Below are positions 20,706 through 31,299 of a DNA stretch of 64,000 bases, in pieces (position 1 is the first letter of the stretch; each line of letters opens with the position of its first letter). Location of the stretch: positions 256,001 to 320,000 of the forward strand of contig OZ246001.1 in the NCBI GenBank assembly GCA_965230295.1, written 5' to 3'. The notes beneath the pieces were generated by a model. It ran no database searches and had not been told where the DNA came from. It saw only the letters and a list, made by a program, of their open reading frames with translations. This stretch comes from Marinicella sp. (lineage in GTDB: Bacteria > Pseudomonadota > Gammaproteobacteria > Xanthomonadales > Marinicellaceae). The translations under genes were made by a program, and so were the position numbers.

Positions 20706-20734
20706 TTGACAATACGCATGCGTATGGTGAAAAT
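20706..20734 (+). promoter_or_regulatory. fadIJ promoter with perfect 14-bp palindromic operator
   Basis: TTGACA at 20706, ATACGCATGCGTAT at 20712-20725, GAAAAT 17 bp after the -35. Confidence 0.6.
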
Positions 20735-20763
20735 ATTTCATTCCGTTTTTAACAAGCAAACTT

Positions 20764-22059
20764 ATGATATTCAAAGATTCAAAAGTGGCAGTGATTGATG
20801 GCTTAAGAACGCCCTTCATGAAAGCCCCGACTGGTCAAGCCCAGGACTTAAAAGCTTATGATTTGGCCAGAGAAGCCATCAACAACCTCAAACACCGATA
20901 CCCGTTCTTACAGGATGATTGTGATTTGGTCACCATGGGCAGCGTGATACAAAACGCAGCCACTTCAAACATCGCTCGTGAAGCCATGATTGGCGCAGGC
21001 TTGAATCTGAACACCACTGCACAATCGGTCACCATGGCTTGTATATCTGCCAACCTGGCCATAACAAACTCGGCCAATGCCATCCAATTGGGCGCTGCTA
21101 AAGTAGCGATTGCCGGTGGCGTTGAGTCATCTTCTGATGCACCGGTTCGAATCACCCATAAGTTGAAGAAAACACTGTTGCAAGCACAGAAAGCCAAAGG
21201 CATCAAAGGCATGTGGCAGGTGTTTAAAGACTTTAAATTCAAATCACTGGCACCTGAAGCACCAGCCATAGCAGAGTTTTCAACCGGCCTGACCATGGGA
21301 GCCGATGCCGATCAACTGGCTGCAAAATTTGGCGTGAGTAGACAACAACAAGACGAATTTGCATTGCGTTCACACCAAATGGCTGCCGAAGCTTGGAAAG
21401 CCGGTGTGTTTGAAACCGAAGTTTGTCCTTTGGCCATTCCACCTAAATTTTCCTTGGTTGAACAAGACGACACTTTTTATGCCAACTCTTCACTGGAAAA
21501 ACTCAGCCAGCTGAGACCGGCTTTTGTCAGGCCCCATGGCACCATCACTGCAGGTAACGCCTCTCCCATCACCGATGGCGCAGCAGTGAGTTTATTGATG
21601 GATCTGGATGAAGCCAAAAAACGTAAATTAAAACCACAAGTGGTGATTGAGGGTTATGCCTTTTCTGGACAAAACCCACATGGTGAATTGTTGCTGGGTC
21701 CAGCCTACACCATGCCAAAACTGTTGAATGAGGCAGGCCTAAAAATCAGCGACATCGATGTGTATGAAATACATGAAGCCTTTGCTGGACAAGTGCTGGC
21801 TAATCTGGCTGCTTTGCAAGATGCAGATTTCTGTAAAAACAGCCTTGGTCTGAAAGGTGCATTTGGTGAAATTCCCATGGAAAAAATCAACACACAGGGC
21901 GGTTCTTTGTCTCTGGGACATCCTTTTGGAGCCACCGGCTCGAGGCTGTTGACCTCAGCCACCAGACGCCTGATAGAGGGCAAAGGTAAATATGCCCTGA
22001 TCAGTGCCTGTGCCGCAGGAGGATTGGGTTCTTCGATACTACTGAAACGAATAGGATAA
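20764..22059 (+). CDS. fadI: 3-ketoacyl-CoA thiolase, FadI type
   Basis: TMACISAN, HEAFA, GHPFGATG, CAAGGLG; adjacent to fadJ. Confidence 0.88.
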   Translation: MIFKDSKVAVIDGLRTPFMKAPTGQAQDLKAYDLAREAINNLKHRYPFLQDDCDLVTMGSVIQNAATSNIAREAMIGAGLNLNTTAQSVTMACISANLAITNSANAIQLGAAKVAIAGGVESSSDAPVRITHKLKKTLLQAQKAKGIKGMWQVFKDFKFKSLAPEAPAIAEFSTGLTMGADADQLAAKFGVSRQQQDEFALRSHQMAAEAWKAGVFETEVCPLAIPPKFSLVEQDDTFYANSSLEKLSQLRPAFVRPHGTITAGNASPITDGAAVSLLMDLDEAKKRKLKPQVVIEGYAFSGQNPHGELLLGPAYTMPKLLNEAGLKISDIDVYEIHEAFAGQVLANLAALQDADFCKNSLGLKGAFGEIPMEKINTQGGSLSLGHPFGATGSRLLTSATRRLIEGKGKYALISACAAGGLGSSILLKRIG

Positions 22060-22064
22060 ACATC

Positions 22065-24167
22065 ATGGCCAATTTTAAACTCACCAAAGACAATGAAATA
22101 GCCACCATCTGGATGGATCAAGCTGGCGCCGAAGTGAACACTTTGTCAGTCAAAATGCTGGATGATTTCAGTGGACTGTTAGATAAAATAGAACAGGACG
22201 ATGAAATCAAAGCCGCTGTCCTGATCTCGAAAAAGGATAACTGTTTCATCGCTGGCGCTGACATCAAAGACTTGATGGCCATTGATGATTCAAAAGAAGT
22301 GGAACACCTGTCACGAGAAGGCAATAAAATACTGACGCGCCTTTCCAAACTCAAAAAACCCGTGGTCGCCGCGATTAACGGCGCCTGTTTAGGCGGTGGT
22401 CTTGAAGTCGCCATGGCTTGTCATTACCGCATAGCCACCACCGACAAAAAGACCGTCTTTGGTTTACCTGAAATCAAGTTGGGTTTGTTACCTGGTGGTG
22501 GCGGTACTCAAAGGCTGATCAAACTGACCAACCTGCGGTATGGATTGGATGCCTTGCTAACCGGTAAAAACATCTACCCGTTCAGTGCCAGGAAAGCGGG
22601 GTTGGTTGATAGCCTGGTTCATAAAGAAGGCTTATACCAAGCCGCTTTAAGTGTGGCCGCAAAACCCATCAAACGCAAAGCCAAAAAGACCGGCCTGGTT
22701 GACAAAGCATTGAACACTTCTGCTGGAAGAAACTATGTTTTGAAGAAAGCCCGAGAAACCGTACAAAGAAAAACCAGGGGTAACTACCCGGCTCCACTGA
22801 AAATCCTGGACTGTGTTGAAACGGGTTTGGAACATGGCATGTCAGCTGGTTTAGAAGCCGAAGCCATGGGATTTGCTGAACTCCATGCCAGCAGTGCCTC
22901 AAAGAACCTGATTGGTTTGTTTTTAGCCATGCAGGACAACAAAAAACTAAAAAACAACACCAAAACAGAAAATGTCTCGTCACTGTCGATGATCGGCGCT
23001 GGCTTTATGGGGGCAGGCATCACAGAGGTGTCGATCAAGAACGGATATGATGTGATCCTGAAGGACATATCCAATGAAGGATTGGCCAGTGCCATGAAAA
23101 CGATCTGGTCTGATTTCAGCAAAATGGTGAAGAAAAAAGCCATGGGCGCTGTGGAACGCGATCGACTGATGGCCAAAGTAAAAACCACCACCAATGACGA
23201 TGACCTGAATGGTTCAGATTTGGTGATTGAGGCGGTGTTTGAAGACATTGATCTGAAACAGAAAATACTGGCAGATGTAGAGAGTAGGTGCAAAAAGTCG
23301 ACCATTTTTGCCACCAACACCTCATCATTGCCTCTGGCCAACATTGCTGCCAAAGCCGCCAATCCGCAAAACGTGGTTGGTATGCATTATTTCTCTCCAG
23401 TCCCCAAAATGCCTTTGTTGGAACTGATTGTCACCGATAAAACTTCAAAGAAAGCCCGTCAAATGGCCACCAATGTGGGTATCAAGCAAGGTAAAACTGT
23501 GGTTGTGGTGAAAGATGGACCAGGCTTTTATACCACACGTGTACTATCAGCATTGACACATGAAGCCATTAAGGTATTGCATGATGGTGCCAAAATTGAA
23601 GATGTGGATGCTGCCATGAAAGATTGGGGCTTCCCGGTTGGGCCACTGGCCTTGATGGATGAAGTGGGCATTGATGTGGGAGCTCACATAGCACGTGGTG
23701 CATTGGGTGAAATGTTTGTCAATCGTGGCATTGAACAGGATGACACCGTGCAGAAACTGGCTGATGCCAAATTGTATGGCCGCAAAGCGGGTAAAGGCTT
23801 TTATACGTATCCAAAGAAAGGACGCAAATCTGTCAATACCGACATTTATCAATACTTCGGTGGCGAGGAACGCAAAGAGTTTTCAAAAACCGACATCCAA
23901 AATCGCATTGGGCTGATTTTTGTCAACGAGTGTGTGCATTGTTTAGAAGAAGGCATTTTGTTTGCAGCCAAAGACGGCGACTTGGCAGCCATTTTAGGTT
24001 TGGGCTTTCCACCATTCACTGGCGGCCCATTCAGCTACATTGATGCGCAAGGTGCTGATCAGGTTCTTGAAACATTGACTGCCCTAGAGGAACAGCACGG
24101 TTCAAGGTTCAAGCCAGCCAAGTTATTGGCCAAACACGCCAAGAACAACAAAGCTTTTGTTGATTAA
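22065..24167 (+). CDS. fadJ: Fatty acid oxidation complex alpha subunit, FadJ type
   Basis: Crotonase (FIAGADI, LPEIKLGLLPGGGGTQRL) plus HAD (GAGFMGAGI, GMHYFSPVPKMPL). Confidence 0.9.
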   Translation: MANFKLTKDNEIATIWMDQAGAEVNTLSVKMLDDFSGLLDKIEQDDEIKAAVLISKKDNCFIAGADIKDLMAIDDSKEVEHLSREGNKILTRLSKLKKPVVAAINGACLGGGLEVAMACHYRIATTDKKTVFGLPEIKLGLLPGGGGTQRLIKLTNLRYGLDALLTGKNIYPFSARKAGLVDSLVHKEGLYQAALSVAAKPIKRKAKKTGLVDKALNTSAGRNYVLKKARETVQRKTRGNYPAPLKILDCVETGLEHGMSAGLEAEAMGFAELHASSASKNLIGLFLAMQDNKKLKNNTKTENVSSLSMIGAGFMGAGITEVSIKNGYDVILKDISNEGLASAMKTIWSDFSKMVKKKAMGAVERDRLMAKVKTTTNDDDLNGSDLVIEAVFEDIDLKQKILADVESRCKKSTIFATNTSSLPLANIAAKAANPQNVVGMHYFSPVPKMPLLELIVTDKTSKKARQMATNVGIKQGKTVVVVKDGPGFYTTRVLSALTHEAIKVLHDGAKIEDVDAAMKDWGFPVGPLALMDEVGIDVGAHIARGALGEMFVNRGIEQDDTVQKLADAKLYGRKAGKGFYTYPKKGRKSVNTDIYQYFGGEERKEFSKTDIQNRIGLIFVNECVHCLEEGILFAAKDGDLAAILGLGFPPFTGGPFSYIDAQGADQVLETLTALEEQHGSRFKPAKLLAKHAKNNKAFVD

Positions 24168-24197
24168 TCTCAGTGATGTAAATTAACGACCAGAAGA

Positions 24198-25247
24198 TCA
24201 AGCCGAAATGGATTGGTCTTCTTTTTGTTGGTTTGACTGACTACCGTGGCTGATGTCCTTGTAGTCAGCCACCACTGCAACATTTTTACCACTTTGTTTG
24301 GCTTTATAAAGCGCATTATCTGCACGCACCAAGGTTTCTTTACTGATTGATTCACCAGCCACCCATTGAGCGACCCCAATACTGACAGTGAGTTTCAAAT
24401 CAATGATGTTACTGATGTTGAACTCCGTTTCAGATATCTTCTTGACCAATTTATTGGCCACTTGATTGGCTTCAAATAGCCCCGTCACTGGTAGTAAAAC
24501 CACAAACTCTTCACCACCCCAGCGATAGACACTGTCGGATTTTCTGACATAAGCTTTGATGAATTGACTGACGCCTTTGAGAACTTCATCACCCACTGCA
24601 TGACCAAATTCGTCGTTGATCAGTTTGAAATCATCAAGATCTAAAATCAACACAGACAGATCGCTGTTCGAAGACATACAAAACTCACGTTCTTTGACTG
24701 CATTACTGGCAAAGGCGCGACGATTGAACAGTTGCGTGAGTTCATCTGTGATCAGTTCATGTTTCAGTAATGCTTTTGATTCACGATGAATTTTTGCCCA
24801 CTTGGTGATGCCATATGTGCCAAACAGGTAACTGGCTACCATCAACAACCCTGCAGCATACCAAGATAAATTCGAAGGCGTGGAAAATAAAAATGACATG
24901 ATCAGCACAGTCAAAGCCAAATGGCCGGAAAGAAAGCCCAGTGCCATGGCTCTGCCCTTCAGATGTTTGGCATAAATGTCATTGATGACAAAAACATAAA
25001 ACGAAAACAAGGACAACACCGAGTAAATGCCTACCAGAACCCAATCAACACTGTCTTGAAACCCGTACATTTCGTAACACACGTAACCCAACAACAGGTT
25101 AAATATGACAAACACCACTGCATATGCCAAAGAGCGCAGCCATGGATTGGTTTTAGATTTTGAGCTGTTTTCTGACACCCTGAACAATACAAAAAAATAC
25201 AATTCACACCATTTTAACAACTGACCACCCCGGATACTGTGAAACAC
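24198..25247 (-). CDS. Membrane-anchored diguanylate cyclase (start may be GTG at 25178)
   Basis: About 4 TM helices, TDELTQLFNRR, DLDDFKLIND, RKSD I-site, RWGGEEF. Confidence 0.9.
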   Translation of the reverse strand: MFHSIRGGQLLKWCELYFFVLFRVSENSSKSKTNPWLRSLAYAVVFVIFNLLLGYVCYEMYGFQDSVDWVLVGIYSVLSLFSFYVFVINDIYAKHLKGRAMALGFLSGHLALTVLIMSFLFSTPSNLSWYAAGLLMVASYLFGTYGITKWAKIHRESKALLKHELITDELTQLFNRRAFASNAVKEREFCMSSNSDLSVLILDLDDFKLINDEFGHAVGDEVLKGVSQFIKAYVRKSDSVYRWGGEEFVVLLPVTGLFEANQVANKLVKKISETEFNISNIIDLKLTVSIGVAQWVAGESISKETLVRADNALYKAKQSGKNVAVVADYKDISHGSQSNQQKEDQSISA

Positions 25248-25293
25248 TTCTCATCCAGCTCCTAAAACGGCACCACACAAAGCTTTCAGGCAC

Positions 25294-25320
25294 AAAAAAG
25301 GCCGGTAAACCGGCCTTCTT
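25294..25320 (-). terminator. Terminator of rplM-rpsI
   Basis: AAAAAAGGCCGG-TAAA-CCGGCCTT. Confidence 0.85.
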
Positions 25321-25342
25321 GAATGATGCTTGAAAGTAAGTA

Positions 25343-25735
25343 TCAACGTTTCGAGAACTGCACTGAACGACGTGCTTTTCGTAAACCGACTTTCTTTCTT
25401 TCCACTTTTCTGGCATCACGAGTCAAGAAAGAGTGTTCTTTCAACTGTGAACGCAAAGTATCGTCTGATTCCAACAAGGCGCGAGACAGGCCCAATCTGA
25501 TTGCACCAGCCTGACCAGTGGTACCACCACCGACAACTGTTGCTTTGATATCAAACTGATCTTCCATGCCCAACTTCTCTAAAGGCTGCTTAACCACCAT
25601 TCTGGCAGTTTCGCGGCTGAAGTATTCACTGATGTCTTTATCGTTAACGATGATTTTTCCAGAACCAGGTGTTAAGAATACACGTGCAGAAGAAGATTTT
25701 CTTCTACCAGTTCCATAATATTGTTGAGTTGCCAT
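25343..25735 (-). CDS. rpsI: 30S ribosomal protein S9
   Basis: [27 protein letters not shown]. Confidence 0.98.
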   Translation of the reverse strand: MATQQYYGTGRRKSSSARVFLTPGSGKIIVNDKDISEYFSRETARMVVKQPLEKLGMEDQFDIKATVVGGGTTGQAGAIRLGLSRALLESDDTLRSQLKEHSFLTRDARKVERKKVGLRKARRSVQFSKR

Positions 25736-25755
25736 AATATTCTTATACCTCGTAA

Positions 25756-26184
25756 TTATATTTCTAAAGCTTTGGGTTCTTGTGCTTCATGTGGGTGTGA
25801 AGGACCTGCATATACTTTTAACTTGCGGTACATTTGACGACCCAATGTATTTTTAGGCAACATACCCTTAACTGCTTTCTCAATCACTCGCTCAGGATGC
25901 TTGTCTAACAAATCTTTCAATTTAATAGATTTCAAATTTCCCACATACCCGGTGTGGTGGTGATAAATTTTATCATTCAACTTGTTACCGGTTACTGCCA
26001 CTTTATCAGCGTTAACAACAACAATGTAATCACCTGTGTCCACATGAGGTGTAAATTCTGGTTTGTGCTTACCACGAAGCCTTAAAGCAATTTCAGAGGC
26101 CATGCGACCCAAAGTTTTACCTTCGGCATCAATCAAAAACCACTCGCGATTGATTTCTTCTGCTTTTGCACTAAATGTTTTCAT
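25756..26184 (-). CDS. rplM: 50S ribosomal protein L13
   Basis: [30 protein letters not shown]. Confidence 0.98.
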   Translation of the reverse strand: MKTFSAKAEEINREWFLIDAEGKTLGRMASEIALRLRGKHKPEFTPHVDTGDYIVVVNADKVAVTGNKLNDKIYHHHTGYVGNLKSIKLKDLLDKHPERVIEKAVKGMLPKNTLGRQMYRKLKVYAGPSHPHEAQEPKALEI

Positions 26185-26270
26185 ATTATTCTACGTTTCT
26201 GTTTAATTATTGGGCTTGATTTGGAACATTGAAATGCACACTCAGACCACGCCATTCACAAAGAGCGGGA

Positions 26271-26299
26271 ATAGTACTTAAATACGTGCCTGGTTGCAA
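26271..26299 (-). promoter_or_regulatory. Sigma70 promoter of rplM-rpsI
   Basis: TTGCAA-17 bp-TACTAT followed by GC-rich discriminator. Confidence 0.6.
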
Positions 26300-26311
26300 G
26301 TATTTTGTTGA

Positions 26312-26857
26312 TTAATTTATGCTGTCTGAAGGAACACCCACAGCATTCATTTCTGCAAACAACACCATCACTCCGGTGCGAACATATTCGGTGATTTCCA
26401 TAAAGTCCAATTCTTCACCTTCTACATCGTCCGAATCGTTCTCGATTCTGGCTATTTGGCCCATGTCGTGTAGGAATTCCTGCCCTTCCTTAGATAGGTG
26501 TGATTCTGTCATACCTGCGGTTCCCATGGCAGACAAATAGGTGGAAACCCACTCAGCCAAAACCGCCACTCGATCTGCCAATGAACTGTTGTCTTCTGGT
26601 AACAACAACTGGTAAGAATAATCGTCCTTTTGCAACTGCTCTTTGGCATAATCAAAAACCGCTGACATGACCATTTTAAAATTGGCATCCTGCGGATTTT
26701 CCACACAGTATTCATGGACCATCTGATTCAGCCAAAATTCAAAAGATGTGGCTTGATTGACACACAAGACGGCAGAGGCTTGTGCATGTAATTCAGAGGG
26801 CGATGCCAATACACCGATTGACTTTAAATGGTCAGCAAATGGCTGATATGGAATCAT
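26312..26857 (-). CDS. ygfB: UPF0149 family protein (YgfB)
   Basis: SPSELH, YQLLLPED, LAEWV...G, EITEYVR; divergent from zapB/zapA. Confidence 0.85.
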   Translation of the reverse strand: MIPYQPFADHLKSIGVLASPSELHAQASAVLCVNQATSFEFWLNQMVHEYCVENPQDANFKMVMSAVFDYAKEQLQKDDYSYQLLLPEDNSSLADRVAVLAEWVSTYLSAMGTAGMTESHLSKEGQEFLHDMGQIARIENDSDDVEGEELDFMEITEYVRTGVMVLFAEMNAVGVPSDSIN

Positions 26858-27031
26858 TTTTCTATTTCTGTTCTAAATAGTGACGTATTTTATGATATTT
26901 TTCATAAACTTGTGTTAATTTTCTCATATGTTTGTTGACCTTTAAGGGTGAACAAACTATATTTATTCAGTGAGCGTGAATCGGCGGTTGTCGATCATGC
27001 CCGAATTTTGATCACTTACTTGGCCTTGAAG

Positions 27032-27235
27032 ATGGATGACATTAGAGTATTAGAACGAACAACAGATCAATTGATTGATTTATTGAATAAGATCAAAGCT
27101 GAAAACAAAGCTTTGCGCAATAAATTAGATGAATTAAGCACTGAAAAATCCTTATTGATGCAAAAGAATGACCAAGCCAAAACCCGTCTTGAGTCCATGA
27201 TTTCCCGCCTTAAAACACTGGAGCAAACGGCATGA
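27032..27235 (+). CDS. ZapB-like coiled-coil protein (TIGR02449-like)
   Basis: 67-aa coiled coil ending KNDQAKTRLESMISRLKTLEQ; coupled to zapA. Confidence 0.82.
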   Translation: MDDIRVLERTTDQLIDLLNKIKAENKALRNKLDELSTEKSLLMQKNDQAKTRLESMISRLKTLEQTA

Positions 27236-27525
27236 GCCAAACCAAAATCTCTGTCCGCATCCTGAACCGCAATTACCAATTTGCCTGCCAGGAAGATGAA
27301 CGCACATCATTGTTATCTGCTGCAGATCATTTAGACAAAACCATGCATGAGATCAAAGATTCCAACAGCACCATGTCAAGTGACAAGATTGCCCTGATGG
27401 CAGCATTGAACATCTCGCATGAACTCATCAAATCACAGTCCATCAATCAACACTACGACACAGAAGTTTTATCCACAGTCAAAAAACTCAACGATAAACT
27501 TGAACAAGCCTTGGCTAGCGACTAA
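27232..27525 (+). CDS. zapA: Cell division protein ZapA
   Basis: ILNRNYQFAC, IALMAALNISHEL. Confidence 0.92.
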   Translation: MSQTKISVRILNRNYQFACQEDERTSLLSAADHLDKTMHEIKDSNSTMSSDKIALMAALNISHELIKSQSINQHYDTEVLSTVKKLNDKLEQALASD

Positions 27526-27537
27526 AATTTGCTTAAT

Positions 27538-27727
27538 GGTGTTGACTGCCGTGTTCGAGGTATATAAGCATATGCCTTGGCCCTAATTAATATTTACAGG
27601 AATTTTTATCGGCTTGTCAGTGTGCATGCTCACCTTGTAGTGAGAAGCCTTAGACAGTAGAGGAATTTCCGCCTTGTACCTTTGGTACCAAGGACGCCAG
27701 TATACAACGGCACAAGTGGTCAACATC
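27538..27727 (+). ncRNA. ssrS: 6S RNA
   Basis: About 190 nt between zapA and ygfA (conserved position); 5' GGTGTTGACTGCCGTG pairs with 3' AACGGCAC...GGTCAACATC; internal GTGTGCATG...GAAGCCT; boundaries approximate. Confidence 0.85.
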
Positions 27728-27798
27728 TCCATCCTTTTCAACGCCCCCAGTTGTTTGTTAAACTGAGCACAACCGTTTCCAAAGTTCTTGAATCAACC

Positions 27799-28341
27799 AT
27801 GAACAAACAAGACATCAGGTCTGAACTGGTGGCCAAAAGAAAATCTTTGACCACCAATGAAATCAAGCAAAACAGCCAACGTGTGCTTGACCGCATCATC
27901 CACTCTGATGTTTGGTTCAATGCCCGGCATGTTGGCATCTATTTACCATTCAACGGAGAAATAGATTTATCCATGTTATTGGATGAAAGCACCAAGGACA
28001 TCTACATACCTGCGATCATGGGTCAATCCATGCAGTTTCATAGACACCATGCCAATTTGATCATCAGACCACACCGTTATGGCATCCTGCAGCCAAACTT
28101 CATTCCGGAATTAGAACCTGCTGCTTTGGACCTGTGTCTAACACCATTGGTGGGTTTTGATATGAATGGCAACCGATTGGGTATGGGAGGGGGCTATTAC
28201 GACCGTTATTTTGCTGGTAACCAACAAACCATTCTGGCTGGTGTGGCCCATCAATTTCAGCAAGTCAGCCAATTGCCCGCCGACCCCTGGGATGTTAAAC
28301 TGCAGCACATCTTCACTGACCAAGGGCACATTACACCATGA
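27799..28341 (+). CDS. ygfA: 5-formyltetrahydrofolate cyclo-ligase
   Basis: [26 protein letters not shown]; start moved to ATG 27799 (the longer ORF overlaps 6S RNA). Confidence 0.93.
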   Translation: MNKQDIRSELVAKRKSLTTNEIKQNSQRVLDRIIHSDVWFNARHVGIYLPFNGEIDLSMLLDESTKDIYIPAIMGQSMQFHRHHANLIIRPHRYGILQPNFIPELEPAALDLCLTPLVGFDMNGNRLGMGGGYYDRYFAGNQQTILAGVAHQFQQVSQLPADPWDVKLQHIFTDQGHITP

Positions 28342-28997
28342 ATTCTGAACAACTCAAAGCTCAAGTGGCCAAAGCCGCCCTCACCTACATCAATGACTAT
28401 GACATGGTGGTGGGTATTGGCACCGGTTCTACCGTTAATCACTTGATTGATTTGTTACCAGAAGTCAAAAACCGCATTGAGGCCGTGGTCTCCAGCTCGG
28501 AAGCGTCAACCCGACGACTGGAAGTCTTGGGCTTCAATGTCAAAGAACTGAATCAGACCGGTGATTTGTCCTTGTACATTGATGGTGCCGATGAATGCGA
28601 TCCCCACAACCGTCTGGTCAAAGGTGGCGGCGGCGCTTTAACCCGAGAAAAAATCATCGCTGGTGCCAGCAAACAGTTTGTTTGTATCGTTGATGAAAGT
28701 AAATGTATTGACCTGTTAGGTGGTTTCCCTTTACCGATAGAAGTGATCCCCATGGCACGCAGTTTTGTGGCCCGACAAATGGTCAAACTCGGCGGCCAAC
28801 CCATTTATCGAGAAGGCTTTGTCACCGACAATGGCAACCAGATCATTGATATTCACAACCTCAAAATCCTGGATCCCGTTGAGTTAGAAGCCAAAGTTAA
28901 CCAAATTCCTGGTGTGGTTACCAATGGTTTGTTCGCTGACCGCAAAGCCGATGTGACGTTGATCGCGCAAGCGGATGGTCAGATCAGGAAACAGTAA
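28338..28997 (+). CDS. rpiA: Ribose-5-phosphate isomerase A
   Basis: [29 protein letters not shown]. Confidence 0.97.
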   Translation: MNSEQLKAQVAKAALTYINDYDMVVGIGTGSTVNHLIDLLPEVKNRIEAVVSSSEASTRRLEVLGFNVKELNQTGDLSLYIDGADECDPHNRLVKGGGGALTREKIIAGASKQFVCIVDESKCIDLLGGFPLPIEVIPMARSFVARQMVKLGGQPIYREGFVTDNGNQIIDIHNLKILDPVELEAKVNQIPGVVTNGLFADRKADVTLIAQADGQIRKQ

Positions 28998-29003
28998 ATC
29001 CAT

Positions 29004-29425
29004 TGTCATCCTGAGCGAGTAACGCGAGTCGAAGGACCTCCCAAAAACCCGGCTGTGTTTTCATACTTAAAGGTGACCCAAAGAAATTAACCAGATTAAG
29101 GGGATTCCTCCACTCACTTCGTTCGGTCGGAATGACCACAGAGTCAAGGCTTTTAAATCTTCAGTTTGATTGAGTTCTTATATAACTTTTGATATCGCGC
29201 ACCTGGATACCGGCCTTCGCCGGTATGACGGTTGTATGTCATCCTGAGCAAGCAATGCGAAAACTTTTCTAACCTACACTCCAGCAATTACTGTACTGCC
29301 CTTGAGGTCAGCCGCTGGCTGAGCGGAGTCGAAGCCAGTAAAAGTTTAATTGCTGACATAATGACCAATAACTGTTCACTTAGACTCCAGCCTGTCCTGA
29401 GCCAGTCGAAGGGCTCAGTGAACGG
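29004..29425. repeat. Mosaic of about six REP-like palindromes (GTCATCC/GGATGAC-type and CTGAGC..TCGAAG-type)
   Basis: Units at 29004-29040, 29100-29136, 29202-29231, about 29238-29264, 29312-29337, 29374-29425; between convergent genes. Confidence 0.85.
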
Positions 29426-29485
29426 GAATGGTTCAGGTATGTGATGACAAACAATTAAATACTTAAAAGCATATTGACGCCCTAT

Positions 29486-30721
29486 TCAGTCCCCTATCTC
29501 CACCAAAATAATCCGATTGGTGGCGCTTTGGTGAATCAACAGATCACCGTCTTTGGTGGGTCTGATGTGGCGGGCGATGCCGCCATAAAAGGGGCCAGAC
29601 GGGATCGGCCAGCTTTGGAAGGTTTCGGTTTTGGGGTCAAAACGGACCAATGGATCAGGACGCATGCCCGACTCGTTGTACCAGATGACATCATTGATCA
29701 CCGCGATCGCATAAGGGTGCGATTTGGAGCCACTGGGCGACGGCCATTCTTTGATGGCGCCACCTTTGGGATCATAGACGCCTAATCGGCCTCGGCCCGA
29801 ATTGACATACCAGATTCGTCCTTCACTGTCGATATCGAGGCGACGTACATGGGTGTCCTCATGCGGCAACTTGATTTCAGTGATCGCCATACTATCAGGG
29901 TCTAACTTAACCAAACAATTACTGCCATTACAGGCCACATAAATATCGCCATTGGCGGCCACTTTGATGCCATACGGCCTGGAGCGTTCAGTGGGCATGG
30001 TGACCAAATCAATCTCCTCAGTGTTTCGGTTTAATCGGCCTACCATGTTCGAGTGTTGCAGGGTAAACCAGAGCATACCTGTGGCATCAAACACCGCGGT
30101 GTGCGGATCTTTGGCTGCAGGATCTGGCATCTTGAATGCCTTGATGGCACCTGTTGTTGGATTAAGCAAACCCATGGTGGCGTTTTTGTTGCCGGTGTAC
30201 CACACAGATCCATCTGGACCGATGGTTACCGAATGCGGCTTGGCGCCCGCTGGCAATGGATACTCTTTCATTTCATCGGTTTTGGGGTCTATCCAACCGA
30301 TGATGTCACCCCACTGTCCAACCCACCAAATTTTTCCATCAGGGGCCTCTACCGGGTCACGAGAACGTTGGCCCAAAGTAGGCACCACCCACTCTTTAAA
30401 GTTGATTTTAACTTCGCCATCAGGCAAAACAGGTTTTCTGCGCCCATTGGGTGAGAAATGTTCAGCCAAATAATCAATCAGCTGTTGTCTTTGTTCAGGC
30501 ACCGCAGATAAATCGATCATGGATTCAGTGACTGCCAACCAATTGGCAGCATCATAACCCAAACCATATGTGATGCGATTGACCGCATGACAAGAAGTGC
30601 AGTAATTACTAACCCACTGCTTTCCTTCACCGTCTGGTAAGTCCGCAGCCATTGAGAGTGAAGAGTATGAACCAATGAACAAAGCGAAAGCTAAGAAGTT
30701 AAAAGGGTTGTAAGATTTCAT
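29486..30721 (-). CDS. Exported c-type cytochrome fused to Vgb (virginiamycin B lyase)-like beta-propeller
   Basis: Signal peptide, CTSCH heme motif, repeated PxG/PH...DGxxW propeller blades. Confidence 0.8.
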   Translation of the reverse strand: MKSYNPFNFLAFALFIGSYSSLSMAADLPDGEGKQWVSNYCTSCHAVNRITYGLGYDAANWLAVTESMIDLSAVPEQRQQLIDYLAEHFSPNGRRKPVLPDGEVKINFKEWVVPTLGQRSRDPVEAPDGKIWWVGQWGDIIGWIDPKTDEMKEYPLPAGAKPHSVTIGPDGSVWYTGNKNATMGLLNPTTGAIKAFKMPDPAAKDPHTAVFDATGMLWFTLQHSNMVGRLNRNTEEIDLVTMPTERSRPYGIKVAANGDIYVACNGSNCLVKLDPDSMAITEIKLPHEDTHVRRLDIDSEGRIWYVNSGRGRLGVYDPKGGAIKEWPSPSGSKSHPYAIAVINDVIWYNESGMRPDPLVRFDPKTETFQSWPIPSGPFYGGIARHIRPTKDGDLLIHQSATNRIILVEIGD

Positions 30722-30811
30722 GATGTAACCAAGGAAATGTATTGCTCGTTATCAGTATAACAGCTCAACCAATAATTGACGTGAATTGAGGCCCCTTATC
30801 GATGATCTCCA

Positions 30812-31273
30812 TCATTTGTCAAATTCATAGGTGTATCCGATAAACTTTTCTACTTCAGCTGGATGTAAGGACTGATAAAGTGCCTGGGCGGGCACGTTAT
30901 CCGTCTCAGTGCCTAACCACAGTTCTTGACAACCTGAGTTCCGAGCCAGTTTGATCATTTCAAGCATGAGGGCTTTACCAGCTCCTTTTTGACGTTGATC
31001 TGCGCACACATCCACCTCGTCAACATACAACCATTGTTGACGTTGATAAGGCTTGACCTCAATTCGTCCTGATGCCATGCCTAGTAAGACTTTTTGCTGG
31101 CCAATTTTTTCATAACAAACCAAAAAAACAGTGCCTTGATTTTCCAGGTATGATTGCAAGGAACCTAAGTCATATTCAGGCAGGTCATTGTCTTCATCCC
31201 ATGATGCGTTGTTGATCTCATCAACCAATTGTTGCAGGCTGGTTTCAGTTGAAATTAAATCAACAGTGATCAT
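30812..31273 (-). CDS. GNAT family N-acetyltransferase
   Basis: VDEVDVCADQRQKGAGKAL, NVPAQALY; ATG 31273 preferred as start. Confidence 0.88.
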   Translation of the reverse strand: MITVDLISTETSLQQLVDEINNASWDEDNDLPEYDLGSLQSYLENQGTVFLVCYEKIGQQKVLLGMASGRIEVKPYQRQQWLYVDEVDVCADQRQKGAGKALMLEMIKLARNSGCQELWLGTETDNVPAQALYQSLHPAEVEKFIGYTYEFDK

Positions 31274-31299
31274 TGTTTGGTCTCTTATTTGCAAAATGG

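Noticed and set aside
27682-27798. N-terminal extension of ygfA; similar extensions for pdhB, zapB-like, DoxX, amt and LamG ORFs
   Set aside because: Overlap 6S RNA, upstream genes or intergenic DNA; downstream starts fit family N-termini or RBS better
29232-29444. 70-aa ORF (also 53945-54130 and 54876-55181)
   Set aside because: Translations running through palindromic repeats or antisense to real genes
29486-30721. Streptogramin resistance gene
   Set aside because: Only fold-level likeness to Vgb; the signal peptide and heme motif argue for another role
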